Positions 9,216 through 19,679 of a DNA stretch of 64,000 nt are shown in pieces; position 1 is the stretch's first letter; every line of letters starts with the position of its first letter. The DNA comes from Opitutia bacterium (lineage in GTDB: Bacteria > Verrucomicrobiota > Verrucomicrobiia > Opitutales > Seribacteraceae): contig JABGWZ010000065.1 in the NCBI GenBank assembly GCA_018675995.1, positions 783-64,782 on the forward strand. The letters run 5' to 3'. The notes beneath the pieces were generated by a model that did no database searches, was not told the origin of the DNA, and saw nothing but the letters and a program-made list of their open reading frames with translations. The position numbers and the translations under genes are program-made.

Positions 9216-11069
9216 ATGACTGACAAACCAAGCAAACATGAATTTCAAGCCGAGACCAAGCAGGTTCTCGATATTGTAGTTAATTCCCTTTACAAGGACA
9301 AAGAAATCTTCGTCAGAGAATTAATCTCAAATGCTTCTGACGCATTAGAAAAATTGCGTCGCTTACAAATTACCGAGAAAGATATCCAGGATGATAATCT
9401 TGAGCACGAAATCAAGGTAAGCACTGATGAAAGTGGAAAAACTTTAACGATTCAGGATTTTGGCCTTGGAATGGACAAAGAGGAATTAATTGAAAATCTT
9501 GGAACAATTGCCCATTCTGGCTCGAAGGCTTTTATGGAAGCTCTTAAATCAGATGGTGAGAACAATGATAACCTAATCGGTAAATTTGGAGTTGGGTTCT
9601 ACAGTGTTTTTATGGTTGCAGATAAAGTTCATGCTTTTACCAGAACTTGGAAAAAAGATGGGCAAGGACAATGCTGGGAAAGTGACGGCAGTGGTTCGTA
9701 CTCGATCGAAGAAGCCAACGACCAGCAGCGCGGAACAAAAATTGTTATAAACCTCAAAGAGGAATTTGCTGAATATGCGAAGGAAGACCGTATCAAGGAC
9801 ATCATTAAAAAATACTCTGCGTTTGTCCAGTTCCCCGTTTCTGTAAATGGCGAAAAGGTTAACACTGTCGATGCAATTTGGTTACGTTCCAAAAAGGATA
9901 TAAAAGACGAAGAGTATGAGGAATTTTACAAATTCCAATCTAATGACTATGAAGCACCGCTCATGCGAATGCACTTCAGTGCTGATGCCCCTCTCGAAAT
10001 CAATTCTCTACTCTTTGTGCCCAAAAGAAATATGGAGAAAATGGGTATGTTTAGGAATGAAAATAAAGTAGCCCTGCATTGCCGGAAAGTTTTAATTGAT
10101 CCTGAACCTAAGTCTCTCTTCCCCGAATGGCTTCGCTTCCTAAAGGGTGTCGTAGATAGTTCTGATCTCCCCCTTAATGTTTCACGCGAAGTGATGCAGG
10201 ACAGTGAACTGCTTCGTAAACTTAACCAAGTTCTGACCAAACGCTTCCTTCGCTTCCTTAACGAACAATCAAAGAAAGAAGCAGATACATATCTTGAGTT
10301 TTGGAAGGAATTTGGCATCTTACTTAAAGAAGGCGCCGCAACAGACTTTACATACAAAGAAGATTTAGCCAAATTACTACGCTTTGAATCCACGGCTCTC
10401 GAACCTGGTAAACTGACCGGTTTGGATGATTACATTGACCGAATGGCAAAAGACCAAAAAGAAATACTCTTTCTTTTTGGTAAAAGTAGAGAATCCATCG
10501 AGGCCGGACCCTACCTCGAGGCACTAAAAGCACGAAGTTTGGAAGTTCTTCTTCTCACTGAACCTGTTGATGAATATGTCATGCAATCAGTTCGTGAGTA
10601 TAAAGAGAAAAAGATTATTTCAGCAGATTCGGAAGAGCTAAAATTGGAAAAATTGGACGAGGCACCCAAAGGGAAATCCATGACCAAGAAAGATACTAAG
10701 GCCTTGTGCAAGTGGCTAAAAGAAACTCTAAAAGATAAAGTATCCGATGTTGAAACAGGTGAGCGCCTGATCGATAGCCCAGTATGTATCGTAGGTGGAG
10801 ACGGCATGGGTGGCGCATCCGCACGCAGAGTAATGAAAATGATGCAGGGAGGGGACGGAATGCCCTCTGCACCTGTGAAGCTGCAAGTTAACCAAAGGCA
10901 TCCGATCATCAAAGGTCTGTCGAATTTAGTACAATCGGATAGCAATACTGCTGAACTAATTGCATATCAGTTATTGGATAATGCACTAGCCACTGCTAAT
11001 TTACTTGATGACCCGCGTGAAATGATTGCACGAAGTTATCAAGCTATTGAAAAGCTCGCAAATCAATAG
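9216..11069 (+). CDS. htpG: Hsp90 chaperone HtpG (TRAP1-like)
   Basis: RELISNASDALEK, NLGTIAHSG, IGKFGVGFYS, GVVDSSDLPLNVSRE. Confidence 0.97.
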   Translation: MTDKPSKHEFQAETKQVLDIVVNSLYKDKEIFVRELISNASDALEKLRRLQITEKDIQDDNLEHEIKVSTDESGKTLTIQDFGLGMDKEELIENLGTIAHSGSKAFMEALKSDGENNDNLIGKFGVGFYSVFMVADKVHAFTRTWKKDGQGQCWESDGSGSYSIEEANDQQRGTKIVINLKEEFAEYAKEDRIKDIIKKYSAFVQFPVSVNGEKVNTVDAIWLRSKKDIKDEEYEEFYKFQSNDYEAPLMRMHFSADAPLEINSLLFVPKRNMEKMGMFRNENKVALHCRKVLIDPEPKSLFPEWLRFLKGVVDSSDLPLNVSREVMQDSELLRKLNQVLTKRFLRFLNEQSKKEADTYLEFWKEFGILLKEGAATDFTYKEDLAKLLRFESTALEPGKLTGLDDYIDRMAKDQKEILFLFGKSRESIEAGPYLEALKARSLEVLLLTEPVDEYVMQSVREYKEKKIISADSEELKLEKLDEAPKGKSMTKKDTKALCKWLKETLKDKVSDVETGERLIDSPVCIVGGDGMGGASARRVMKMMQGGDGMPSAPVKLQVNQRHPIIKGLSNLVQSDSNTAELIAYQLLDNALATANLLDDPREMIARSYQAIEKLANQ

Positions 11070-11121
11070 CTTTGAATATTCTTATTAGAGAATCGATACC
11101 CTGTTAATTGAAAAATAGATA

Positions 11122-11151
11122 TTGCGAAATTTTTAAAAGCATGAGTAAATT
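11122..11151 (+). promoter_or_regulatory. Putative promoter giving a leaderless transcript
   Basis: TTGCGA-N18-TAAATT, then 6 nt to ATG 11158. Confidence 0.4.
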
Positions 11152-11157
11152 CGCATT

Positions 11158-11556
11158 ATGAGCATAAAATTTCCTATAAAAAGAATCCTGCTAGGTTTTT
11201 CAGTCACCGTTATTCTAATTGTTTTTTCCTCTTGCACTCGTGGAGGAACAAATCCTTTTGCCAAGGACGATACAGAAGTGAATGAAAATGTTAAAAACCT
11301 GATGGGGTTAGCTGTGGGAATGACCAAAAATCAAGTTTTTTCTCTCGCTGGTGTCGCCAACTACATGGAAGGGTATGACTGGGGAAGTGCATGGTTTTAT
11401 AAAATCCGAAAAGGTGGAAATGAAGGCAGCTTAGCAAACAAAGATGTACAAGAGAAGTATATGCCTGTCGTGTTTGATAATACGGATCGCGTGATGGGTT
11501 ATGGCTCGAAGTTTTACGAGCAAACCTTGGACGATCTAGGCACAGGACAATTCTAA
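11158..11556 (+). CDS. Small lipoprotein, DUF3192/BamE(SmpA)-like
   Basis: Signal peptide with lipobox-like FSSC, and LAVGMTKNQV...WFY...PVVF...VMGYG. Confidence 0.65.
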   Translation: MSIKFPIKRILLGFSVTVILIVFSSCTRGGTNPFAKDDTEVNENVKNLMGLAVGMTKNQVFSLAGVANYMEGYDWGSAWFYKIRKGGNEGSLANKDVQEKYMPVVFDNTDRVMGYGSKFYEQTLDDLGTGQF

Positions 11557-11634
11557 ATTCTTACGATTCTTAATATTGTCGATTGACGGACTGAGGAATT
11601 TCCGTTTTACTAAAACGCTTTTCTCAAAAACACT

Positions 11635-12066
11635 ATGAAAACTACTCTTGCCAAAGCAGAAACTACCACTCATGGGTGGAAAATCGTCGATGCTAAAGAC
11701 CAAATCCTTGGAAGACTCGCCGTCTCCATAGCCAATACACTGCGTGGTCGTGATAAACCAATCTACACGCCCCATGTAGACACGGGAGATTTCGTTATCG
11801 TTATCAACGCGTCCAAGATTAAGTTAACTGGATCAAAAGAAGAGCAGAAAAAATACATGTTCTACAGTGGCTACATGGGTGGTGAGAAGTATAGAAATGT
11901 TGCCGACTTTAGAGAAAATCGCCCCGAGTTTATTATAATGAACGCAGTGAAGGGTATGTTACCTAAAAATAAATTAGCAAGCCGTATGCTCACCAAGTTA
12001 AAAGTTTATCCTGGAGAAGAGCACCCTCACTCTGCTCAACAACCTACACCTCTTTCTACATTGTAA
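11635..12066 (+). CDS. rplM: 50S ribosomal protein L13
   Basis: LGRLA...LRGRDKPIYTPHVDTGDFVIVINA, and VKGMLPKN. Confidence 0.98.
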   Translation: MKTTLAKAETTTHGWKIVDAKDQILGRLAVSIANTLRGRDKPIYTPHVDTGDFVIVINASKIKLTGSKEEQKKYMFYSGYMGGEKYRNVADFRENRPEFIIMNAVKGMLPKNKLASRMLTKLKVYPGEEHPHSAQQPTPLSTL

Positions 12067-12072
12067 AATTTT

Positions 12073-12477
12073 ATGAGTGCAAAATCAAAGACAGACGAAT
12101 TTATAGCTACCGGAAGAAGAAAGACCAGCACCGCTCGCGTACGCATCAAACAAGGCACTGGTATTTTTGTAATTAACGGTAAAGATTACGCTGAATATTG
12201 TTCAACAGAACAAAATCGTAAAATTGTATTATCCCCACTTACCACCATTGATATGGTAGGTGGTGTCGATGTAACTGTAAATGTTTCCGGTGGAGGCGGA
12301 TCGGGTCAGGCTGGTGCAATTCGCCATGGTTTGTCTAGGGCCTTAGAAAAAATGGATTCCGAACTTCGAGTGCCACTAAAAAAAGCAGGTCACATGCGAC
12401 GAGATCCTCGTAAAATTGAAAGAAAGAAAACAGGTCAACCTGGGGCACGGAAGAGATTCCAATTTTCGAAACGATAA
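12073..12477 (+). CDS. rpsI: 30S ribosomal protein S9
   Basis: TGRRKTSTARV, GGGSGQAGAIRHG, C-terminal ARKRFQFSKR. Confidence 0.98.
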   Translation: MSAKSKTDEFIATGRRKTSTARVRIKQGTGIFVINGKDYAEYCSTEQNRKIVLSPLTTIDMVGGVDVTVNVSGGGGSGQAGAIRHGLSRALEKMDSELRVPLKKAGHMRRDPRKIERKKTGQPGARKRFQFSKR

Positions 12478-12501
12478 ACATTATTTAATACTTTATATTT
12501 C

Positions 12502-12538
12502 AACCCCTCGGAACTCCAACCGAGGGGTTTGTTTTTTT
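12502..12538 (+). terminator. Intrinsic terminator after rpsI
   Basis: Stem AACCCCTCGG / CCGAGGGGTT with an 8-nt loop, followed by a T-run. Confidence 0.85.
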
Positions 12539-12567
12539 AACAGCGCTAACATTTTTATTCCAATTAT

Positions 12568-13596
12568 ATGAATGCTACAATTGTAGGTGCATCTGGCTAT
12601 TCTGGCAGAGAATTAGTTTCCCTTCTCGTTAATCATCCCGAAGTCAAACTTTCACAGGTAACATCAAGGGCTCTTGCAGGTCAAAATGTTCAAAATGAAA
12701 TCCCACATGTTCGGGGCAAGGTAAAAGATCTTTGCTTTTCAAATCCGTCTATTAAAGAATTAACTGAACAATCGGGATGCGAGTTATTCTTTCTTGCCCT
12801 ACCCCATGGCACCGCTGCTTCCTATGCAGTTCCATTATTGGAATCCGGCAAGAAGGTAATCGATCTGTCAGCAGATTTTCGGTTAACAACTTCGGATACA
12901 TACGAAGAGTTCTACGGTTCCCCCCATCCATCTCCTAAGTGGTTAGAAAAGGCAGCCTATGGATTACCTGAAATTCATTCGCTATCGTGGGAGAAATCCC
13001 GCTTGATCGCATCGCCTGGTTGTTACCCAACTAGTTTACTAATTCCTCTGTTTCCGCTTTTGCAAAATAAACTAATACAAAAGCAAGATATTATTGCCAA
13101 CAGTATGAGCGGAGTGAGTGGTGCTGGAAGAAATGCTACAGTTAAACTGCTATTCTGCGAAAGAAATGAGAGTGCCTGTGCTTACGGATTACCCAAACAC
13201 CGCCATTTATCTGAAATTGAGGAACAACTCTCAATCGCAGCAGAAAATGAAGTTATTCTATCATTCCACCCCCACCTTGCACCAATGAATCGTGGAATTT
13301 GCTCTACCATTTCATCTTTGCCAGAAGGAAAGTTAGACCGAAGCACCATTATTGAATGCTGGAAAGAATTTTATCATGGCAGAAAATTTGTTCATATACT
13401 TGATGAAGACGAATTCCCCGATGTTAAGAATGTGGTCGGGACCAACCGGATTGATATTTCTGTAAGTGCAGATCGCCGGACAGGCAGGTACATAATTTGT
13501 TCCGCTGAGGATAATCTCTTAAAAGGTGCGGGTGGTCAGGCTGTACAATCAATGAACATCTGTCAGGGGTATGACGAAGGAGCTGGACTACCATGA
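12568..13596 (+). CDS. argC: N-acetyl-gamma-glutamyl-phosphate reductase
   Basis: IVGASGYSG, IDLSADFRL, ASPGCYPTS, SGVSGAG, DNLLKGAGGQAVQ. Confidence 0.96.
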   Translation: MNATIVGASGYSGRELVSLLVNHPEVKLSQVTSRALAGQNVQNEIPHVRGKVKDLCFSNPSIKELTEQSGCELFFLALPHGTAASYAVPLLESGKKVIDLSADFRLTTSDTYEEFYGSPHPSPKWLEKAAYGLPEIHSLSWEKSRLIASPGCYPTSLLIPLFPLLQNKLIQKQDIIANSMSGVSGAGRNATVKLLFCERNESACAYGLPKHRHLSEIEEQLSIAAENEVILSFHPHLAPMNRGICSTISSLPEGKLDRSTIIECWKEFYHGRKFVHILDEDEFPDVKNVVGTNRIDISVSADRRTGRYIICSAEDNLLKGAGGQAVQSMNICQGYDEGAGLP

Positions 13597-14813
13597 AATT
13601 CTACGAAGATGGCGAGGCGCTAACTGACCCTCAGGGGTTTTTCTGTGCTGGCGTCCATTGCGATGTAAAAGGAGCACGGGACGGCAAATTGGATCTTGGT
13701 ATCATTTATTCGAAAAAACCTTGTAATGCTGCAGGGGTTTTCACCACAAATGATGTTCAAGCTGCCCCGGTTAGATACTCGAAAATATTGGTAGCAGATG
13801 GCGAAAGTACTTTTCATGCAATTCTCGCAAACAGTGGCAACGCAAATGCCTGCACAGGACAACAAGGAGAAAACGATAATCTCAAGATGGTGTCCGAGGT
13901 AGCAAGACAGCTAAACATAGAAAAAAACGAAGTCCTCGTTTGCTCCACGGGCAGAATTGGCATTCCTTTACCAATAAGTCGTTTGACGGCTGGAATCCGA
14001 GACGCAAGCGAAGACATAGTTGATGAGTGCGAAGGAGCCAGAGCATTTCAGAAAGCTATTCTGACCTCAGATACCTGCACGAAATCCTGCTCTGCCAAAA
14101 TTAAAACTTCTCTAGGTGAAGTGACTATTGGTGGAGTCGTAAAAGGGGCTGGGATGATCGAACCCAATATGGCTACTATGCTCGCTTTTATTACCACTGA
14201 CATTGGTGCTAAGAATATGGCACTTAAAAAAGTCCTCAGCGATGCAGTCGAGCATTCTTTCAATCGCATTACGATTGATGGAGATATGAGCACTAATGAC
14301 ACTGTTCTCATATTGGCAAATGGAGCATCGGGGTGTGAACTATCTAAAGAATCGAAATCTGTTCAAAAAAGCTTTGCCGAGGCAGTGAATGCAATCTGCT
14401 CCTGTCTTGCCAGGAAATGTGTGACGGACGGTGAGAAGGTGACTAAATTCGTTAAAGTCAAAATTAAGGGAGCTAAGGATGATACCTCAGCCATGAAAGT
14501 CGCTAGGTGTATATCGAACTCGCTCCTTGTGAAATCGTCTTGGTATGGATCCGACCCAAACTGGGGTAGAATTGTTGATGCCGCCGGATATGCCAAGGTT
14601 GGACTAAGCTTTGAAGAGTTAAGTATATTTTACAATGAGTGCCCGGTATTAAAAAATGGTAAGCCACTAGTTGAAAATAAGTCAAAGTGGAAAGAAATAG
14701 TCTCAGCCAAAGAATTTTCAATCATTCTCGAATTAAATATGGGGAATGCGGTTGGTGAGGTTTGGAGTAACGATTTAAGTGAGGAGTATGTTAACTTTAA
14801 TAAAAGCGAATGA
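13593..14813 (+). CDS. argJ: Bifunctional ornithine acetyltransferase/N-acetylglutamate synthase
   Basis: NSGNANACTG, KGAGMIEPNMATML, DGDMSTNDTV, DPNWGRI. ATGA overlap with argC. Confidence 0.96.
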   Translation: MKFYEDGEALTDPQGFFCAGVHCDVKGARDGKLDLGIIYSKKPCNAAGVFTTNDVQAAPVRYSKILVADGESTFHAILANSGNANACTGQQGENDNLKMVSEVARQLNIEKNEVLVCSTGRIGIPLPISRLTAGIRDASEDIVDECEGARAFQKAILTSDTCTKSCSAKIKTSLGEVTIGGVVKGAGMIEPNMATMLAFITTDIGAKNMALKKVLSDAVEHSFNRITIDGDMSTNDTVLILANGASGCELSKESKSVQKSFAEAVNAICSCLARKCVTDGEKVTKFVKVKIKGAKDDTSAMKVARCISNSLLVKSSWYGSDPNWGRIVDAAGYAKVGLSFEELSIFYNECPVLKNGKPLVENKSKWKEIVSAKEFSIILELNMGNAVGEVWSNDLSEEYVNFNKSE

Positions 14814-15682
14814 TGCCTGACATGGAAGAAAGTAAAAGAAAAGCAAGTATCCTTGTTGAGGCACTCCCTTATGTCAGAAGATTTAGGGGGTCGATCTTTG
14901 TAATAAAATATGGTGGTAGCTTCATGGACTCCACTGATCCACTAGTTCGGTCACGCGTGGCACAGGACTTAGTTTTTTTGCACTTCGTGGGAATTAAAGT
15001 TGTGGTCGTTCACGGCGGCGGGAAAGCAGTAACCCGAGCACTCGCAAACAAGGGAATCGAGCCAAATTTTGTCGATGGGTTAAGGGTTACTGGTAAGGAA
15101 ACAATTGAAGTGGTGGATGATATTCTCAACGGATCAGTTAACAAAGAAGTAGCCTCCTTTGTATCCAACTATGATTGCCGAGTGAAAAGAATTCCGGGCA
15201 AGCAAATACTTACTTGCTCTAAGCTTTCCCATCCATCTGACCTTGGATTTGTGGGAGAAATTAGTTCCGTACAAACTGATCCAATTCTGAAAGCTCTTGA
15301 ATCTGACACAATGCCCATTCTTTCCTCAACAGGTTCGGATGAATCCGGTCAATGTTACAATATCAATGCGGATACAGCAGCTGCACAAATCGCTATTGCA
15401 TTAAAGGCAAGGCGATTAGTATACCTGTCAGATGTTCCTGGCTTACTTCAAGACCCAAGTGATCCAAGTTCGCTACTCTCTAGTCTTCCAGTTGACCAGG
15501 TTGAACCCCTCAAAGAAAAGGGAGTGATTGCACAAGGAATGCTACCAAAAGTAAACAGTGCGGTTGAAGCACTTAACCAAGGAGTCAACCGTGTCCATTT
15601 TATTGATGGTAGACTCGCCCATAGCATACTGCTTGAAATCTTCACAGATGAAGGAATTGGTACAGAGATCATACACTCGTAA
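14810..15682 (+). CDS. argB: Acetylglutamate kinase
   Basis: VIKYGGS, VHGGGK, YNINAD, GMLPKV. ATGA overlap with argJ. Confidence 0.96.
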   Translation: MMPDMEESKRKASILVEALPYVRRFRGSIFVIKYGGSFMDSTDPLVRSRVAQDLVFLHFVGIKVVVVHGGGKAVTRALANKGIEPNFVDGLRVTGKETIEVVDDILNGSVNKEVASFVSNYDCRVKRIPGKQILTCSKLSHPSDLGFVGEISSVQTDPILKALESDTMPILSSTGSDESGQCYNINADTAAAQIAIALKARRLVYLSDVPGLLQDPSDPSSLLSSLPVDQVEPLKEKGVIAQGMLPKVNSAVEALNQGVNRVHFIDGRLAHSILLEIFTDEGIGTEIIHS

Positions 15683-15694
15683 TATTTTTGTGAT

Positions 15695-16888
15695 ATGAAT
15701 CCAGAGCACGAAAAGTATTTAATAAGTAATTATGCAAAGCCTGCTCTTGAAATCATCAAGGGAGAAGGCAGTTATCTATGGGACTCTAGTGGAACAAAAT
15801 TTCTCGACTTCACTTCTGGAATTGCAGTCACCAATATTGGCCACGGCCACAAACATTGGATTGAGAAAGTTACAAAGCAGGCAAAAGAACTCACTCACTG
15901 TTCCAATCTCTTTTCAATTCCTGAGCAAGTTAAACTTGCCAAGAGGCTTGTAGATAAAGTTGGCCCTGGTAAAATGCTCTTTTGTAACAGCGGAGCCGAG
16001 GCGAACGAGGCAATGATAAAATTTTCCAGGTTAGTTGGTAAGAAAAATGCCAAAGAAAAAACTACACTCCTGGTGGCTGAAAATGGCTTTCATGGAAGAA
16101 CCATTGGAGCTCTATCGGCAACCTCATCACCAAAATACAGAGAAGGGTTTGAGCCTTTACTTGATGGCTTTTCCTTCGCACCGCTGAATGACCTTAAATC
16201 CTTTGAAAATCTGGTTAATGAACAAACTGTTGGAGTCATGCTGGAATCAATACAAGGCGAAGGTGGCATTAGGGTTGCCGAAGACAAATTCCTGCAGGGA
16301 CTTGAAAAACTATGTAAGGATCAAAACCTTCTTTTTTTACTCGATGAAGTACAAACCGGCATTGGGCGAACCGGAGAATTTCTTGGCTTTCAAAAGTCTG
16401 GTGTTCGGCCTGACGCAGTTGCAATCGCAAAAGGGTTGGGCGGTGGATTCCCTATCGGAGCGATATGGATTTCGGAAAAATGGAGCGATATATTTCAACC
16501 AGGTTCACATGGAACCACTTTTGGAGGATCGCCACTTGCCTGCTCTGCAGCGAATTCCGTACTCGATGTACTTGAGCAGGAAAACCTGATTCTTGGAGCC
16601 AGAGAAAAAGGGCAGTTCCTCAAAGCTGGCCTAGAAAAATTAAAAGTTCAATACCCCGATCTGGTAAATGTAGTTAGAGGAAGAGGCCTCATGCTTGCCT
16701 TGGTTCTCAATGAATCACCAACGCGCTTGATTGAACTTTTAAGGCAATCCCAGCTCCTAGTTGTAGGTGCAGCAGAAAACTCGATCCGTTATTTACCACC
16801 TCTCACGGTGACTAAAAATGAATTACAAGAAGGGCTAGAAATAACTGGGAATGCACTTAGCCTCATCCAGAAAGATCAAAGAAAATGA
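15695..16888 (+). CDS. argD: Acetylornithine aminotransferase
   Basis: NSGAEANEA, FHGRT, DEVQTGIGRTG, AKGLGGGFPIGA, HGTTFGG, and position in the arg operon. Confidence 0.93.
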   Translation: MNPEHEKYLISNYAKPALEIIKGEGSYLWDSSGTKFLDFTSGIAVTNIGHGHKHWIEKVTKQAKELTHCSNLFSIPEQVKLAKRLVDKVGPGKMLFCNSGAEANEAMIKFSRLVGKKNAKEKTTLLVAENGFHGRTIGALSATSSPKYREGFEPLLDGFSFAPLNDLKSFENLVNEQTVGVMLESIQGEGGIRVAEDKFLQGLEKLCKDQNLLFLLDEVQTGIGRTGEFLGFQKSGVRPDAVAIAKGLGGGFPIGAIWISEKWSDIFQPGSHGTTFGGSPLACSAANSVLDVLEQENLILGAREKGQFLKAGLEKLKVQYPDLVNVVRGRGLMLALVLNESPTRLIELLRQSQLLVVGAAENSIRYLPPLTVTKNELQEGLEITGNALSLIQKDQRK

Positions 16889-17826
16889 AACACTTTTTAG
16901 AAGAAAATAATTTTACCAAAGAAGAAATTCAATCCATCTTCGAGAATGCATTCAGGTTTAAAGAAAACAGAAAGGCCCGACCTTCTCTGGATTTAAAAGA
17001 CCAAAGCTGGGGTATGTTATTTTATAAAAACAGCACTCGAACCAGAGTTTCCTTTGAAGTGGGCATAAGAGAATTGGGTGGCAACCCAATTCTACTCGAC
17101 CTTTCAAGCACCCAAATCGGAAGGGGGGAAAGCGTCCAGGATACAGCCAAAGTTCTATCCCGTTTTTTGGACGGATTAGTTATTCGGACACATGGACACG
17201 ATTTGATTACAGAATTTGCAAACTATGCTGAAATTCCAGTGGTTAATGCCCTGACTGATTTTCTTCATCCATGCCAAATTTACTCTGATTGTATGACTTT
17301 ACTTGAAAAGACGAGCGACTCCCAAAATCCCGCGGAAGGATTAAAAGATAAAAAATTGGCTTTCTTTGGAGATACTAGTTGCAATATGGCAAATTCATGG
17401 ATCCTTGCCGGTGCTATTTGGGGGCTCGACATTTGGTTGTGTGGTCCAGAAGAGTTTAAGCCGACAAAAGAAATTGAAGACTTTTGCCGTAAATTCGATT
17501 TACCAATTCAGTGGCATTTTACATCTGATTGCAAAAAGGCAGCTCATCAAGCTGATGTACTATACACAGATGTTTGGGTTAGTATGGGTTGTGAAGATCA
17601 AAAAAATGAACGAATGGAAAAGATGAGTCCCTTCAGAATCACGGAGGACTTATTCGAAATAGCAAATCAAAATGCTTTATTTATGCATTGTATGCCAGCG
17701 CACCCGGGAGAAGAGGTTACTGAGGAAGTTCTTGGATCTACCAGATCTATTCTATTTGACCAAGCCGAGAATCGATTGCATATGCAGAAGGCTATTCTTA
17801 AACAATTAGTTAACATCCAAAATTAA
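16885..17826 (+). CDS. argF: Ornithine carbamoyltransferase
   Basis: STRTRVSFE, HPCQ, DVWVSMG, HCMPAH, QAENRLH. Confidence 0.96.
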   Translation: MKHFLEENNFTKEEIQSIFENAFRFKENRKARPSLDLKDQSWGMLFYKNSTRTRVSFEVGIRELGGNPILLDLSSTQIGRGESVQDTAKVLSRFLDGLVIRTHGHDLITEFANYAEIPVVNALTDFLHPCQIYSDCMTLLEKTSDSQNPAEGLKDKKLAFFGDTSCNMANSWILAGAIWGLDIWLCGPEEFKPTKEIEDFCRKFDLPIQWHFTSDCKKAAHQADVLYTDVWVSMGCEDQKNERMEKMSPFRITEDLFEIANQNALFMHCMPAHPGEEVTEEVLGSTRSILFDQAENRLHMQKAILKQLVNIQN

Positions 17827-17830
17827 ATAA

Positions 17831-19054
17831 ATGAAAATCATTCTCGCCTATTCTGGAGGGCTCGACACCTCTGTTCTAGTTCATTGGTATGCGAACGAAC
17901 AAAATGACGAAGTTATAACCTACTGTGCTGATGTTGGACAAGAAGAAGAATTAGATGGACTGGAGGAAAAAGCTTTATCAACCGGAGCCACCGCCCACCG
18001 AACCCTTAATTTAGTCGATGAATTCGCTGAAGATTATATTTACCCAATGGTTCGGGGTAACGCAGTATACGAGTCTCAGTACCTACTTGGGACATCTATT
18101 GCCAGACCATTAATCGCGAAAGCACACATCGATATTGCACGGGAATTTAATGCCAACGCAGTCGCCCATGGAGCCACCGGAAAAGGAAATGATCAATGCC
18201 GCTTTGAGCTGACTTTCTCTGCACTTGCACCTGATCTTCAAATTCTTGCACCTTGGAGGGATGCCTCTTTTAGGGAAAGATTTCCTGGGCGAAAAGAAAT
18301 GATTGAATATTGTAAGACTCATTCGATTGATGTTGAAGCGAGTGCATCCAAGCCCTATTCGATGGATCGTAATCTTTGGCATATTTCCTATGAAGCGGGT
18401 ATTTTGGAAGATCCCTGGTTTGATCCTACGACCCCTGAAAATAGGGAAATGTATAAATTAACAGTTGACCCTGAACTTGCACCCGACGAGGCACAATATA
18501 TTGAGTTAACTTTTGAGAAAGGTAATTGTGTGGCAATTGATGGATCTTCATATTCTCCTTCAGCTATAGTTACCCATCTGAATAAAATTGCTGGAAAGCA
18601 CGGGATTGGACGTGTGGATTTAGTTGAGAACAGATTTGTTGGCATGAAAAGCAGGGGTGTATATGAAACTCCGGGAGGAACCATTCTCCTTCATGCCCAC
18701 CGTCAAATTGAGACCTTAACAATGGATAGGGATTTAATGCACATGCGTGACTCCCTCGTACCCAAATATGCTGAGTTAATTTACTATGGTTTTTGGTTTG
18801 CCCCTGAACGCGAGGCCCTGCAAGCACTAATAGACAAGAGTCAGGATACTGTCACCGGAACCGTCCGTCTAAAATTATATAAGGGAAATATTATTACTGT
18901 GGGGAGAAAGTCTGCAACATCGCTCTATGACGAGGGAATTGCATCCATGGATGATGACGAAAGTGATTACCAACCTGAAGATGCGACTGGTTTCATACGC
19001 TTAAACGCACTCCGGCTTAAAGAAAGAAATCGTAAACAGGGATATAAAGGTTAA
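17831..19054 (+). CDS. argG: Argininosuccinate synthase
   Basis: [38 protein letters not shown]. Confidence 0.97.
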   Translation: MKIILAYSGGLDTSVLVHWYANEQNDEVITYCADVGQEEELDGLEEKALSTGATAHRTLNLVDEFAEDYIYPMVRGNAVYESQYLLGTSIARPLIAKAHIDIAREFNANAVAHGATGKGNDQCRFELTFSALAPDLQILAPWRDASFRERFPGRKEMIEYCKTHSIDVEASASKPYSMDRNLWHISYEAGILEDPWFDPTTPENREMYKLTVDPELAPDEAQYIELTFEKGNCVAIDGSSYSPSAIVTHLNKIAGKHGIGRVDLVENRFVGMKSRGVYETPGGTILLHAHRQIETLTMDRDLMHMRDSLVPKYAELIYYGFWFAPEREALQALIDKSQDTVTGTVRLKLYKGNIITVGRKSATSLYDEGIASMDDDESDYQPEDATGFIRLNALRLKERNRKQGYKG

Positions 19055-19068
19055 TTATTAAATGACTG

Positions 19069-19638
19069 ATGCAATTACTTGTCATAGATAATTACGATTC
19101 TTTTACTTACAATTTAGTTCAGTATTTCGGTGAGTTGAATGCAAGCACTGAAGTCATTAGAAATGACTCCATTGCAGCAGATAATATTAATATTAATTCA
19201 TACAATGGAATTGTGGTATCACCTGGCCCCTGTGATCCCGACCGTGCCGGAATAAGTCTTGAAGTTATAAAAAAGTTTGCAGGCAAAAAACCAATTTTTG
19301 GTGTTTGCCTAGGCCATCAGTGTATCGCACAAGCTTTTGGAGGAAAAATTATTCGGGCAGAACACTTAATGCACGGAAAAACTTCCCCTGTACAGCATGG
19401 TGGCGAGAACTTATTTAAGGACCTGCCCAATCCCCTTACCGCTACTCGTTACCATTCACTGCTCGTCGATGCAGCAACACTACCAGATTGCATAGAAATT
19501 TCCGCACATACAAAAGAAAACGAAATTATGGGATTAAAACATAAAACTCTCCCAATTTGGGGTGTCCAATTCCATCCTGAATCATTGGCAACAGAAAAAG
19601 GAATTATGATCTTGAAGAACTTCCTTGATCTCTGTTAA
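19069..19638 (+). CDS. trpG: Anthranilate/aminodeoxychorismate synthase component II (glutamine amidotransferase)
   Basis: [33 protein letters not shown]. TrpG and PabA cannot be distinguished from sequence alone. Confidence 0.88.
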   Translation: MQLLVIDNYDSFTYNLVQYFGELNASTEVIRNDSIAADNININSYNGIVVSPGPCDPDRAGISLEVIKKFAGKKPIFGVCLGHQCIAQAFGGKIIRAEHLMHGKTSPVQHGGENLFKDLPNPLTATRYHSLLVDAATLPDCIEISAHTKENEIMGLKHKTLPIWGVQFHPESLATEKGIMILKNFLDLC

Positions 19639-19679
19639 AAGATATGTGTGTGTGTGAATAGTGGAATCTTCAATCATTA

